NCBI GenBank assembly: GCA_023460615.1
Contig: JAEWPL010000222.1
Location: forward strand, 21,973 to 85,972
Length of the DNA: 64,000 bases
DNA from: Pseudomonadota bacterium
GTDB taxonomy: Bacteria; Pseudomonadota; Gammaproteobacteria; Enterobacterales; Succinivibrionaceae
Direction: 5' to 3'
The translations under genes were made by a program, and so were the position numbers. Shown one piece after another: positions 36,047-45,664 of the stretch. The notes below the pieces were generated by a model that saw nothing but the letters and a program-made list of their open reading frames with translations, did no database searches and had not been told where the DNA came from. Every line of letters starts with the position of its first letter. The stretch's first letter is position 1.

Positions 36047-37484
36047 AAAGATTTCTTTTGAAGTACAAGGATTTGATGTTATAGACGATTATTCAGATAA
36101 TCAATTTGCTATTGCTGAAATTTATGTATGTCACGACGGCAATAATCTGCATAATATGCCTATTGACTTATCCGTAATCAAAAAAGCAAAAAAGACTTTA
36201 AAAAATAAATTCTTAGTTGCTGGTTTTGATGGAGATGACTTTGAGGGTCATGAGCCTGATGAACTAATTGTGGGCGTCTTTCCAGAAAGTTCAGAAATGA
36301 AATTCGTTGAGAAGAATGGAAAGACTTATCTTGTTGCTCAAGCCATCATTTCTAAAGTTTATGCAAAATGGGCTTATGATGTGTTTGTAGAAGATGAAGA
36401 TAATGAGAGAGCTGTTTCAATGGAAATTACTGTGTTGGGTACAGAATTACAAGATGATGGATTAGAACATATTACTAAATTCGTATTTAATGGAGTAACT
36501 TTACTTGGAGGGTCTCATATGCCCGCCTGTGAAGGCAGTAATGCGTCTATAATCAAGTTCAGTAAGGAAAACGCATTGAAAGTTTATAGCAAGCGTTTAA
36601 AAAATTCTGAAAAGATTAAGAAGAATTTTGTTAGAGATATGGAGCTTGCAGAAATTTCAAGAAAGGAGGAGAGCGAAGAAATGGAAGATAAAGAAAAAGA
36701 AGTTGTAGAAACAGTTGAAGAAGAAGTTAAAGAAACTCCAGTGGAAGAAACTGAAGAATTTGCAAAAGAAGCTTCTGACGATGAAACTTATATGGAAGAA
36801 GATGAGTCTGAAAAAGAAGAAGACGATAAGGATGACGAAGAAAAGTCTGATGAGGAGTCTGACGAAAAAGAAGACGAAGAAGATGATAAGGATGACGAAG
36901 AAGATATGGAATGCAATAAAGACTTTGAGTCATTAACTGTTGAACAAAAATATGAAGTATTCCGCTCTGCTGTTAAAGAGTCTCTTGATGGATGTGGGTA
37001 TTTAGAGTCTTATGACGATGAATATTTATATGTTTATGATTATTGTGACGGAAATACTGTCAGATATGCTTATACTTTAGATGGTACTACTTGTACTATC
37101 GATGTAGACTCTAAAACAAGAGTAATGCGTGGTGGTTATGTAGAATTTGAAGTGTATGAAGAAGACAATAATAAATTAGAGACACTTGAAAAAGAAAACT
37201 GCGAGCTTAAGGAAAAACTTATGGCTTATGAAACAGCTGAAAAGGAAAAATCTGTTGAAGCTATTTTATCAGAAGTAGTCGACGTAATTCCTGCTGACCG
37301 CATCGCAGAACTTCGTGAAAAATCTGCTGATTTCTCTTTAGATAATTTGTCAGTATTTGAAAACGAAGTAAAAGCAATCGCTTTTGAAGCTGTTGCAAAA
37401 GAAGTTAAAGGTAGTAAGTATAGTTTTACAAAAATGCCTATTAACAACGAAATGGAAAAGAAGACATCTAAATATGGATGGTAA
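36039..37484 (+). CDS. Prohead protease / scaffold protein (YonD-like)
   Basis: HDG.N.H, GHE, VSMEI, G.TLLG...PA protease-like N-half; acidic linker; coiled-coil C-half. Confidence 0.75.
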   Translation: MDKKISFEVQGFDVIDDYSDNQFAIAEIYVCHDGNNLHNMPIDLSVIKKAKKTLKNKFLVAGFDGDDFEGHEPDELIVGVFPESSEMKFVEKNGKTYLVAQAIISKVYAKWAYDVFVEDEDNERAVSMEITVLGTELQDDGLEHITKFVFNGVTLLGGSHMPACEGSNASIIKFSKENALKVYSKRLKNSEKIKKNFVRDMELAEISRKEESEEMEDKEKEVVETVEEEVKETPVEETEEFAKEASDDETYMEEDESEKEEDDKDDEEKSDEESDEKEDEEDDKDDEEDMECNKDFESLTVEQKYEVFRSAVKESLDGCGYLESYDDEYLYVYDYCDGNTVRYAYTLDGTTCTIDVDSKTRVMRGGYVEFEVYEEDNNKLETLEKENCELKEKLMAYETAEKEKSVEAILSEVVDVIPADRIAELREKSADFSLDNLSVFENEVKAIAFEAVAKEVKGSKYSFTKMPINNEMEKKTSKYGW

Positions 37485-37521
37485 GAAAAAAAATAATTAA
37501 TTTTGAAAGGAGAAATAAAAA

Positions 37522-38058
37522 ATGGCAAAATCAATTTTAATTCCAACTCTAGTTGCTGCTAAAAATATCGATAGCTTAAATAGAAGTTTCGTTTCTACAG
37601 TAGACTTAGATAACGGAAATGTATTTGGAAAGGGAGAACTTTCAACTAATGCTGGTGAAAGTCAAGTTTATAAAACAGTTACACCTGCTACAGGAAGCTT
37701 ATCTGGATTATATATGGCATTCTCTGCTGAAGATGTTGTATTAACTGATGATTTAGGAAATCAATTCAAAGTTGGTACATTAGACCCAAGAGCTTTCACA
37801 AACAAAGCTGGTACAGTATTTAGTGGATTTAAACCACAAGTAGGAGATTTAGTTTTAATTTCTGCTGATGGTATTTCAGGAGAAGCTAAAGATTACGCTG
37901 TTGCTGCAAACGGAGCTAGTCAATTAGCATTTAATGAAACTGCTGGTGCTGGATTAAGTTTCAAAGTTGTTGAAACTACTTATATTTCACTTGCTAGTGC
38001 AAATAATATTGGTTCTCAAAGAGTTGCTGCTTATTTATTAGAATGTGTAGCTAACTAA
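37522..38058 (+). CDS. Capsid decoration/cement protein (YonC-like)
   Basis: 178 aa between scaffold and major capsid; high-expression codon usage. Confidence 0.65.
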   Translation: MAKSILIPTLVAAKNIDSLNRSFVSTVDLDNGNVFGKGELSTNAGESQVYKTVTPATGSLSGLYMAFSAEDVVLTDDLGNQFKVGTLDPRAFTNKAGTVFSGFKPQVGDLVLISADGISGEAKDYAVAANGASQLAFNETAGAGLSFKVVETTYISLASANNIGSQRVAAYLLECVAN

Positions 38059-38169
38059 TTTGAGTCATCAATCAAGGCTAATAACAAGTAAATATACACA
38101 GTTCGTATGTCGCTATTTATAAAAGTGTAAAAAATAAACAATTTATTAATTTTGAAAGGAGAATATAAA

Positions 38170-39267
38170 ATGGCAAAATTACCAAATAGTGTCTTAGCTT
38201 TCACAGCAGATAGTGCTGATAGAAAAGAAGGATACACAAACTTTGTAGAATACTACAATTTATATAAAGAAGGAAAAACTCAAAATGCCAATGGTGTTAG
38301 TTTTTCTGAAATGAACGAAAAAATGTTAACATTCTTCTCTGATGAAGTAGCAAGATTATCAGGGAAGAAACAATCAGATGTACCTGATTTAGCAACTTAT
38401 TGCAATTTCAGTGACGTTAAAGAGGCTGCTTTTGCAGTAGTTGGTATGTTAACTGATTTAATCATCCCAGATGCTTTAATTAAAGATTTAGGAATGATTG
38501 CTGAAATCAAAAACGGTGGATGGGGAGACAGTTTAAAAGTTGAACTTAAACCAAGAGATTTATTCGTTGTATCAAAAGGCGGAAGAAATCGTAGAACTTA
38601 TGACGTAACTCGTCAATTCAAAGGTGAAAAGACTATCGTTCCTGAGTCAAGAGGAATTACAGTTGGTATTTCTTTATATGACGTATTAAAAGGAACTTAT
38701 TCATTAGCAGAGTTTGTTGCTAAAGCAGTATTATCTATGGAAACTCAAATGAAATATGATATTTATGATGCTTTCGCAGCAGCTATGAATGCACTTCCAA
38801 ACACAACTGGCGCTAGTCAATTAAGAATTAGTGGTTTCTCTCAAGACACTGCTATCGCTTTAGCACAAAAAGTTCAAGCTTGGAATGGTGGAGCTAAACC
38901 AGTTTTCTTAGGAACTAAATTAGCTTTATCTAAAATCTTACCAGCATCAACTAATGCTCGTATCTTATTAGGAGACGAATATGTTAAAGTTGGTTATATG
39001 AGAGACTTTATGGGTATCTCAACTATTGAATTAGAACAAGTTGCAGACTTTACTACTGAATTTGCAGTAAAATTAGATGATAAGAAAATCTATGTAATCT
39101 GCCCAGGTACTGATAAAATGGTTAAAGTATTTATTGAAGGTTCTACATTATCTAATGTTGATGGTAACTATGCAAATGCTAACTTAACTCAAACAGCTAC
39201 ATTATATAAATCTTATGGTGTAGGTGCTATTAGTTCAGCATTAGCAGGTGTTATTGAATTAGCTTAA
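38170..39267 (+). CDS. Major capsid protein
   Basis: About 365 aa, gene position, strong codon bias, followed by a terminator. Confidence 0.8.
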   Translation: MAKLPNSVLAFTADSADRKEGYTNFVEYYNLYKEGKTQNANGVSFSEMNEKMLTFFSDEVARLSGKKQSDVPDLATYCNFSDVKEAAFAVVGMLTDLIIPDALIKDLGMIAEIKNGGWGDSLKVELKPRDLFVVSKGGRNRRTYDVTRQFKGEKTIVPESRGITVGISLYDVLKGTYSLAEFVAKAVLSMETQMKYDIYDAFAAAMNALPNTTGASQLRISGFSQDTAIALAQKVQAWNGGAKPVFLGTKLALSKILPASTNARILLGDEYVKVGYMRDFMGISTIELEQVADFTTEFAVKLDDKKIYVICPGTDKMVKVFIEGSTLSNVDGNYANANLTQTATLYKSYGVGAISSALAGVIELA

Positions 39268-39287
39268 TTGTAACACAAAAGAATATT

Positions 39288-39322
39288 AGAGGAGAGGCTT
39301 CATAAGAGCCTCTCTTTATTTT
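39288..39322 (+). terminator. Rho-independent terminator
   Basis: GAGAGGCT...AGCCTCTC stem then TTTATTTT. Confidence 0.75.
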
Positions 39323-39349
39323 AATTTAGAAAAAAAGGAGAGATAAATA

Positions 39350-39973
39350 ATGGCAAATACTAAAACAAGTGCAAAAAATAATAGTGATGCAAAAAAGATT
39401 AAAGAGTTAGAAAAGACAATTTCAGATTTAAACGCTGTAGTTCAAATGTTAATGAAGCAGGGAGTTTCAACTCCAACAGTTGAAACAGAAGGCGAAAGAG
39501 ATGTAGTATTTATTTCTTTATGTAATCATATACTTAATCTTTCTACTGAACCAAATGGAGGAGGCACTATTTATACTTTCACTGAATTTGGTGAAGAGCA
39601 AGCTATTCCTTATTCTGATGCTAGAAAAATAATTAAAAACAATAAAAGTTTTATTAAAGGTGGTAAGTGTTACATTGCTGATGATAAGATTATCAACACA
39701 GAACATTTAACTAGCGATTATAAAAAAATTCTTAGTAAAGATGATTTATTGGATTTATTATCATCAGATAGGGTTAAATTTAGAAGTATCTTTGATAAAA
39801 TGACACCAACTCAACAAGAAATATTCAGAGATGTTGTTGTTGATAAATTATCTAAAGATAGAAACAGTGTAGATATGAATATTGTTCAATATATAAATGA
39901 GTCTTTAAATATCGATATTTTAAAAAGTATTGATTATAACAAGGAGTTATTGATTGTTAAAGACGAAAACTAG
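39350..39973 (+). CDS. Hypothetical morphogenesis protein
   Basis: 207-aa ORF after capsid, AGGAG RBS. Confidence 0.7.
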   Translation: MANTKTSAKNNSDAKKIKELEKTISDLNAVVQMLMKQGVSTPTVETEGERDVVFISLCNHILNLSTEPNGGGTIYTFTEFGEEQAIPYSDARKIIKNNKSFIKGGKCYIADDKIINTEHLTSDYKKILSKDDLLDLLSSDRVKFRSIFDKMTPTQQEIFRDVVVDKLSKDRNSVDMNIVQYINESLNIDILKSIDYNKELLIVKDEN

Positions 39974-39987
39974 AGGAGGCTGGGAAT

Positions 39988-40443
39988 ATGACACCATATG
40001 ATGACATATTGGATTTAGCGTTAGTCTCTATTGAAGATTATAGATTGAATAAACTTTCTACAGACTCGCCAGCTGAATTTAAGTTGATTTTAGAGGGATT
40101 TATGATTAGAGGGTTATCTAATTTTGAAAACTGTATAAAAGACCTTTCTGACAGAGATGATGAAGCACATCAATTCAATGTTGTTCTTGATGATTTAGAA
40201 AAGTCAATTATCGCTGACTGGACTGCTATTATGTGGTTAGATAAAGAGATAAATGACACTCGTCAAATTACATCTATGCTACAGAATAGAAATGAAGCTC
40301 ATAGATACTCTGAAGCTAACAACTTAAAAGCTAAAGCCGACCATCGTGTACAAATGGTTGAAGATGTTAAACATAAGCAAACAACTTATAGTTTAAAACA
40401 CGCAGATTGGAAGGGGTGGGCTAGTGGCAACTATCAATTATAA
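39988..40443 (+). CDS. Putative head-tail adaptor
   Basis: Position and size; MTPY.. N-terminus. Confidence 0.55.
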   Translation: MTPYDDILDLALVSIEDYRLNKLSTDSPAEFKLILEGFMIRGLSNFENCIKDLSDRDDEAHQFNVVLDDLEKSIIADWTAIMWLDKEINDTRQITSMLQNRNEAHRYSEANNLKAKADHRVQMVEDVKHKQTTYSLKHADWKGWASGNYQL

Positions 40444-40792
40444 AGATTTTCAATTAGATGATAACGCAACAGTGCAATCATTAAAAATCTTAATAAATCA
40501 ATGTTGGAAAACTCTTCCTATATTTGAAGGAAAAAATAAAGAAAACCAAATTGTTTATTCTCGTGAGGAGGCATATGAGAATTATCAAAAACATTTGTGT
40601 TTTTTAATTACTAAAGTCTCTGGTGCAAGTAAAATTTGGCAGGATAATCAATATTATGTAGAACTTGTTTATATCTTAGTTGGTATGCAAGATTTTACAG
40701 AAGACGAGCACGACAGAGTAAAATATATAGTGCATCATTGTACTAAACTTATCAACAATATGATAGAGATGGTATTAAACGATGAGTCTTAA
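40424..40792 (+). CDS. Hypothetical morphogenesis protein
   Basis: 122-aa ORF in late operon. Confidence 0.65.
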   Translation: MATINYKDFQLDDNATVQSLKILINQCWKTLPIFEGKNKENQIVYSREEAYENYQKHLCFLITKVSGASKIWQDNQYYVELVYILVGMQDFTEDEHDRVKYIVHHCTKLINNMIEMVLNDES

Positions 40793-42071
40793 ATATTACG
40801 ATGCGGCTCAGAAGATTAGACAACCAAATCCTAAAGCATCCTATTATGCAGATTATAATGCAATATTAGATTTTAGTTTTGATAATGCCCCAAATGTTGT
40901 TTATGATGAAGTCGAATACGAACAGACGTATGGTGAAAATGATTTCGTCAAAATCAATAAAGTCCGTGTTGATACTATATTAAACTATAACACTGGTATT
41001 ATATTGGGTGATGATTATAAAACATTTATATTTGCCCCTGATTTTCCAGTTACGCCTTATTATGGAATGAAATTTCGTTGGCAAGGTAGTTATTGGTTAG
41101 TAATCAACACTAATTCTTATGCAAGTATATCTAACACAGCAGAGGTCAGACGTTGTAATAATGTGTTGAGGTTTTTTGATAAAGATGGCTCAAGAATTTA
41201 CGAACCTTGTATATTAGATTATACATTGCGTTTCGCAAATAACGAAGACACTATGACTATCACTGTTGGTAATGGTGAACAAAAAGTATGGTGTCAACGT
41301 AATAAGAGAACCGCTCAAATTAAAGCCAATGATAGGTTTTTATTTGGTACGCCAGAACAAAGAGTTGCATTTAGACTTTATGGTGGTGGTACTAAAAACT
41401 ATATGAATGGAGTTACTATGGATGATAATTCACCTACAATAACAGAATTTTATGTAGACCATTATGAAACAAATCCGTTGTTTGATGATTTTGAAAATGG
41501 TTTTGCTGATGCTTACTTGAATGAGGTGACTATAAAAATTGAGGATGTTGTTAATTCATTAAATGTAGACGAAAGTGCTGTTTTAAGTGCTAAGGTATAC
41601 AAAGGAACAAAAGAAGTGGCCAACACTAATGTTTTATGGAAATCTTCTGACGATACCATAATTGAGATTAGTGATAATGTGGCGACTGCTAAACAGATTG
41701 GTAGTGCAACTATAACTGCTTATATCGAAAACACAACGATACAAAGTAGCATTGACATGAATGTTGTGGAGGAGCCTACTGAAGACGTAATAGAATTAAT
41801 AGCAGAACCTAATATAGATTATGTACTACAAAATAAATCACAACAATTTGTAGTTTATTTATATAAGAATGGTATCAAGCAAATTGACAGCGTGTCTTTT
41901 GCTGATATGTCTGTGGGTATACCAGTTGGAAAATATACAATCGTAGTAGACAATGATAATGCATTCACGCTTTTCAATAAGGGAATGTATATGAATGCAC
42001 CAGTTATTGTAAGATGTGTATGTGGGGAGACTACGTTAGATATGAAGATTAAGTTAAGGGGGTTATATTAA
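40782..42071 (+). CDS. Putative head-closure protein with Ig-like (Big_2) domain
   Basis: VLWKSSDDTI...A...GSATITA Ig signature. Confidence 0.6.
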   Translation: MSLKYYDAAQKIRQPNPKASYYADYNAILDFSFDNAPNVVYDEVEYEQTYGENDFVKINKVRVDTILNYNTGIILGDDYKTFIFAPDFPVTPYYGMKFRWQGSYWLVINTNSYASISNTAEVRRCNNVLRFFDKDGSRIYEPCILDYTLRFANNEDTMTITVGNGEQKVWCQRNKRTAQIKANDRFLFGTPEQRVAFRLYGGGTKNYMNGVTMDDNSPTITEFYVDHYETNPLFDDFENGFADAYLNEVTIKIEDVVNSLNVDESAVLSAKVYKGTKEVANTNVLWKSSDDTIIEISDNVATAKQIGSATITAYIENTTIQSSIDMNVVEEPTEDVIELIAEPNIDYVLQNKSQQFVVYLYKNGIKQIDSVSFADMSVGIPVGKYTIVVDNDNAFTLFNKGMYMNAPVIVRCVCGETTLDMKIKLRGLY

Positions 42072-42619
42072 TGATTAGTGATGTAAAACCATATGCTATA
42101 TATGAAAACCTACCTAATATTTCTTATAGAATAATTGAATATTTAATGACTAGCCCAGATGCTGAAATCATATGGAAATTATTGAAGTATGACGACGCCG
42201 ACGCATATAGTCGCCCTAATTTAACTTTAGAGGAAAAATCAAAGTTAATATATAATGGTGAAGCGGTATTGTCTAAATATAATGTATTTTTTGATTATAT
42301 GATGGACGATGCTGAAGACCAAATGAAAACTCTACTACGAATTTATCCAGCAGAAGTTTACCCAACAACTAGAGTCACTGGTATATGTACAGTGAATTTA
42401 GAAGTATTTACGCATAGCAAAATAAACCATCTATCAAATTATACTACAAGGGTAGATGTCATCATACAAACACTTTTGAGGGTGCTAAATGGTGTTGATG
42501 TTGGTGGTGTTGGAGTTTTATTCTTTGATAATCAAGGTAGCCGTTATGACAGAATACAGACAATAGGACAAAAACCTTATAAAGGTAAATTGTTGAAAAT
42601 GTCTGTTAATATGGGGTAA
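42071..42619 (+). CDS. Putative tail terminator
   Basis: Position before tail tube; 182 aa. Confidence 0.5.
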   Translation: MISDVKPYAIYENLPNISYRIIEYLMTSPDAEIIWKLLKYDDADAYSRPNLTLEEKSKLIYNGEAVLSKYNVFFDYMMDDAEDQMKTLLRIYPAEVYPTTRVTGICTVNLEVFTHSKINHLSNYTTRVDVIIQTLLRVLNGVDVGGVGVLFFDNQGSRYDRIQTIGQKPYKGKLLKMSVNMG

Positions 42620-42621
42620 TT

Positions 42622-43383
42622 ATGTTAGAGCATATTAAAGAATTATACTTTGATGAGCCAATCCCATATAAAGAATTATTAATTTACCCAGTAACAATGA
42701 AAGACTATTTAGAATTTCATTGGCTAGTAAGTTGTTTATTGATTGATAAGAATAGCATACCAGACATCAATGTTATTTCTATGTCGTATTTACGATTTTT
42801 GTATTATAACGCTGCAAATAATGATGAGCCATATGTATATATGATAAAAATGTTATTATGTATGGTCTTACATATGGATTTTAATGAAGAAATGAGTTTT
42901 TATGTTGACGAAAAAAGTGATAAGGCATTTTTCAAAGTAAGAGGAGTTGCTTATAGTGGTTCTGATTTTGACGAAATAGTTAAGATTATATTTGAGCAAA
43001 ACTGTATAACTCCTATTGATAACACAATTCAAAAGGAAGTTAGAGACGCTTTAGAAAAAGCCGAAGAATTTAAGATGCAACAAACTAAGCAAAAAATGTG
43101 TTCTTTAGAAGAGCAAATGATTTGTGTGTTAATTTCAACTCCATTAAAATTAGAAGACATCTACAAACTAACTATTAGGAAGTTTGAGAAGATTTTGCAA
43201 CGTGTTGATGCAAAGCTACACTATCAAATTTATCTTAATGCGTCTATGTCAGGTATGGTTAAATTTAAAGATGAAAGTGTAATTCAACACTGGATGAATG
43301 ATTTAACAAAAGACGACAGATATTCTGATGTTAAAGTTGATATGGACACAATGCGTAATAAAATTGAAAGTGTAAACAAATAA
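42622..43383 (+). CDS. Hypothetical tail-assembly protein
   Basis: 253-aa ORF in late operon. Confidence 0.6.
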   Translation: MLEHIKELYFDEPIPYKELLIYPVTMKDYLEFHWLVSCLLIDKNSIPDINVISMSYLRFLYYNAANNDEPYVYMIKMLLCMVLHMDFNEEMSFYVDEKSDKAFFKVRGVAYSGSDFDEIVKIIFEQNCITPIDNTIQKEVRDALEKAEEFKMQQTKQKMCSLEEQMICVLISTPLKLEDIYKLTIRKFEKILQRVDAKLHYQIYLNASMSGMVKFKDESVIQHWMNDLTKDDRYSDVKVDMDTMRNKIESVNK

Positions 43384-43454
43384 AATATCTATGCTATTGG
43401 ATATAAAATATAATAGCTTTATATAAAATATTATTTCATAAGGAGGAATTATAA

Positions 43455-44486
43455 ATGAAAAAGTTTTTAGTTAGTACAGCTGATGTGTACGGATATGACT
43501 CTAATGATAACTTATTATTCGTTGGTAAAACTTTATTAGATAGTTCTATTGAAACAACATTATCTAATACTGACGTAAGAGCAGGTAAAGGTAACCAATT
43601 ACAATATATTTATTATCACACAGCTGAAATGAATATCACTATTAACGAAGCACAATTCTCATTAGCATTCTTAGCTTTAAATACTGGTTCATCTATTGAA
43701 ACAGGAGCTAATGTTTGGACTGAAGAAAGTGTTACAGTTACTAAAGGTGTAGGTAGTGTTACAAAAGGAACTCCTTTAGCTCTTCAAACTCAAACTATTT
43801 ATGGTTGGGTAACTAAAGAAGATGAGACAGTAGAAAGAGTTAAATTTAATGGTGTTCAATTCACTTTAGCAGATACTGATTACAACGGTACTGTTTGTGT
43901 AAGATATTATACAAATGACTCTGCTGCAAGAAAGGTAACTGTTTATGCTGATATGCTACCTTCTGTAATTAGATTAGTAATGGTTGGTACTTTAGCAAGT
44001 TCTGACTCTACAACTAACCAAATCGGAACAGTACAAATCGAAGTTCCAAGAGCTTCTATGACAGGTGCATTTACATTAAGTATGACACCAGACTCAGTTG
44101 CTCAAACTCCATTATCAGTAAGGGCATTATCTTCAACAGTTAATGTTGGTGGTTGTGATGGTAATAGACCAATTTATGCAACTATTACTGAAAAAATAAA
44201 TGGTGCTAAATGGTATGACAACGTAATTGCTTTAGCTATTGAAGGTGGAGACTTCACTATGACAAATGGAACATCAAAACAACTTCAAGTTTATGCTATT
44301 AAAAACGATGGTTCTGCTGCATTCTTAGCTCCTGTAGATGGAATTACATTTGCTAGTGATAAAACTTCTACAGCTACTGTAGAAGGTGGTTTAGTAGTCG
44401 CTAGTGCTGCTGGTACAGCAACAATTAAAGCTACAATTACAGATATGCCTGAAATTGATGCTAATGTTATTGTAACAGTTGAATAA
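43455..44486 (+). CDS. Major tail (tube) protein with C-terminal Ig-like domain
   Basis: High-expression codon usage; ITFASDKTSTATVEGGLV..AGTATIKAT Big_2 signature. Confidence 0.75.
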   Translation: MKKFLVSTADVYGYDSNDNLLFVGKTLLDSSIETTLSNTDVRAGKGNQLQYIYYHTAEMNITINEAQFSLAFLALNTGSSIETGANVWTEESVTVTKGVGSVTKGTPLALQTQTIYGWVTKEDETVERVKFNGVQFTLADTDYNGTVCVRYYTNDSAARKVTVYADMLPSVIRLVMVGTLASSDSTTNQIGTVQIEVPRASMTGAFTLSMTPDSVAQTPLSVRALSSTVNVGGCDGNRPIYATITEKINGAKWYDNVIALAIEGGDFTMTNGTSKQLQVYAIKNDGSAAFLAPVDGITFASDKTSTATVEGGLVVASAAGTATIKATITDMPEIDANVIVTVE

Positions 44487-44491
44487 TCATT

Positions 44492-44692
44492 ATGTATTGC
44501 AAGTATTGTCAATATATCACAAAGAGTGTATTTGAGCAGTATCTAAACTGCTCGCTCTCTCGTGATTATTGTTTAAAACAGAAGTTTTGTCATAAAGAGA
44601 ACAAACCTATGCATACGGATGATTGGCAGAAATGCCCTAGATTAGTAAAAGAGGAGGATAAGAATGAGAATTTTCAAGAACAAACAAAATAA
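44492..44692 (+). CDS. Small Cys-rich protein
   Basis: CKYC...C....C....C...C pattern; weak RBS. Confidence 0.55.
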   Translation: MYCKYCQYITKSVFEQYLNCSLSRDYCLKQKFCHKENKPMHTDDWQKCPRLVKEEDKNENFQEQTK

Positions 44693-44927
44693 AGAAGAAG
44701 TAGTTGTGGAGAGCACTAAGGACTTAGAGGCTCCTGTAGTAACTGAGGAAGAAATTAAAGAAGAAAAGAAACCTACTAGAACAACAGTTAGAAAGAAAAA
44801 TATTACAAAGACAGTATGTAGGGTTTTGGTTGCTACGCCTTCATATTTTGTTATAGATAAAAACGGTGAAAAAATCACTGTCAACAAGAAAAATGATTAT
44901 CATAGAAATGAAGAAATTTTATATTAA
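44664..44927 (+). CDS. Hypothetical phage protein
   Basis: 87-aa ORF, GAGGAGG RBS. Confidence 0.7.
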   Translation: MRIFKNKQNKEEVVVESTKDLEAPVVTEEEIKEEKKPTRTTVRKKNITKTVCRVLVATPSYFVIDKNGEKITVNKKNDYHRNEEILY

Positions 44928-44941
44928 TTTCTTCTCTTTAT

Positions 44942-44992
44942 ATAGAGTGTTCATTGGGAATTTACTGGGTTCGACTCCCAAACTCTATGCCA
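44942..44992 (+). ncRNA. tRNA-like minihelix (acceptor stem, T-arm and CCA; no D or anticodon arm)
   Basis: ATAGAGT/ACTCTAT 7-bp stem, discriminator G, CCA; TGGG-TTCGACT-CCCA T-arm. Confidence 0.55.
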
Positions 44993-45016
44993 AATATTGT
45001 TGATAGGAGGGGTCAA

Positions 45017-45646
45017 ATGGACTGGAATGCGATACTTGATGAAATTAAGACTATCGGTACTGCACTTGGCACCGTAATATTTACTGCTTATATCACATAT
45101 AAGACTTTTAGTTCAAAATTAGAAAAATGGAGGCAAGAAGATAAGGTTAATGTTTCTAAAAGTATAGAGAAACAATCTAAACTTGATTGTGAAATCATGA
45201 CAGAGGCAGATAAATTGAAAGAATTATTAAATGCTGACAGAGTACAAATATATGAATTTCATAATGGGGTACATTATGCAAATGGACGTAGTGCTCTTAG
45301 AACATCTTGTACTTATGAGGTTTGTCGTTTTGGCGTAGAGAGGTGTATAGACAGATTAAATGGGATACCTCTTAGTGTTATACCAACATTTATTAAAGCC
45401 TTGTTAGATAAAGGAGAGCTATTAGTAAAAGATTTAGAAGATATAAAAGAAACAATGCCGTCTACATATAATTTAAAAAAATCAATGAGCATTAAATCGT
45501 TCTATGATTTTGCCATCCATAATACAAATGGAGAACCTGTGGGCTTTGTTGCAGTGCAATTTTGCAGTGATGATATTAAAAACTTAAACAAGGATGCAGT
45601 AAAAAGATTTGCTTGGTTTGTGGAGAGTAAATTGTTAGAAATGTAA
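45017..45646 (+). CDS. Membrane protein with GAF-like domain (holin-like architecture)
   Basis: One N-terminal TM; LNADRVQIYEFHNG...FAIHNTNGEPVGFVAVQF GAF pattern; AGGAGG RBS. Confidence 0.6.
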   Translation: MDWNAILDEIKTIGTALGTVIFTAYITYKTFSSKLEKWRQEDKVNVSKSIEKQSKLDCEIMTEADKLKELLNADRVQIYEFHNGVHYANGRSALRTSCTYEVCRFGVERCIDRLNGIPLSVIPTFIKALLDKGELLVKDLEDIKETMPSTYNLKKSMSIKSFYDFAIHNTNGEPVGFVAVQFCSDDIKNLNKDAVKRFAWFVESKLLEM

Positions 45647-45664
45647 TTTTCAAGGAGGCTATCT

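Noticed and set aside
36720..36910. Tandem GAAGACGA/GATGA repeats
   Set aside because: They simply encode the acidic low-complexity linker of the scaffold protein.
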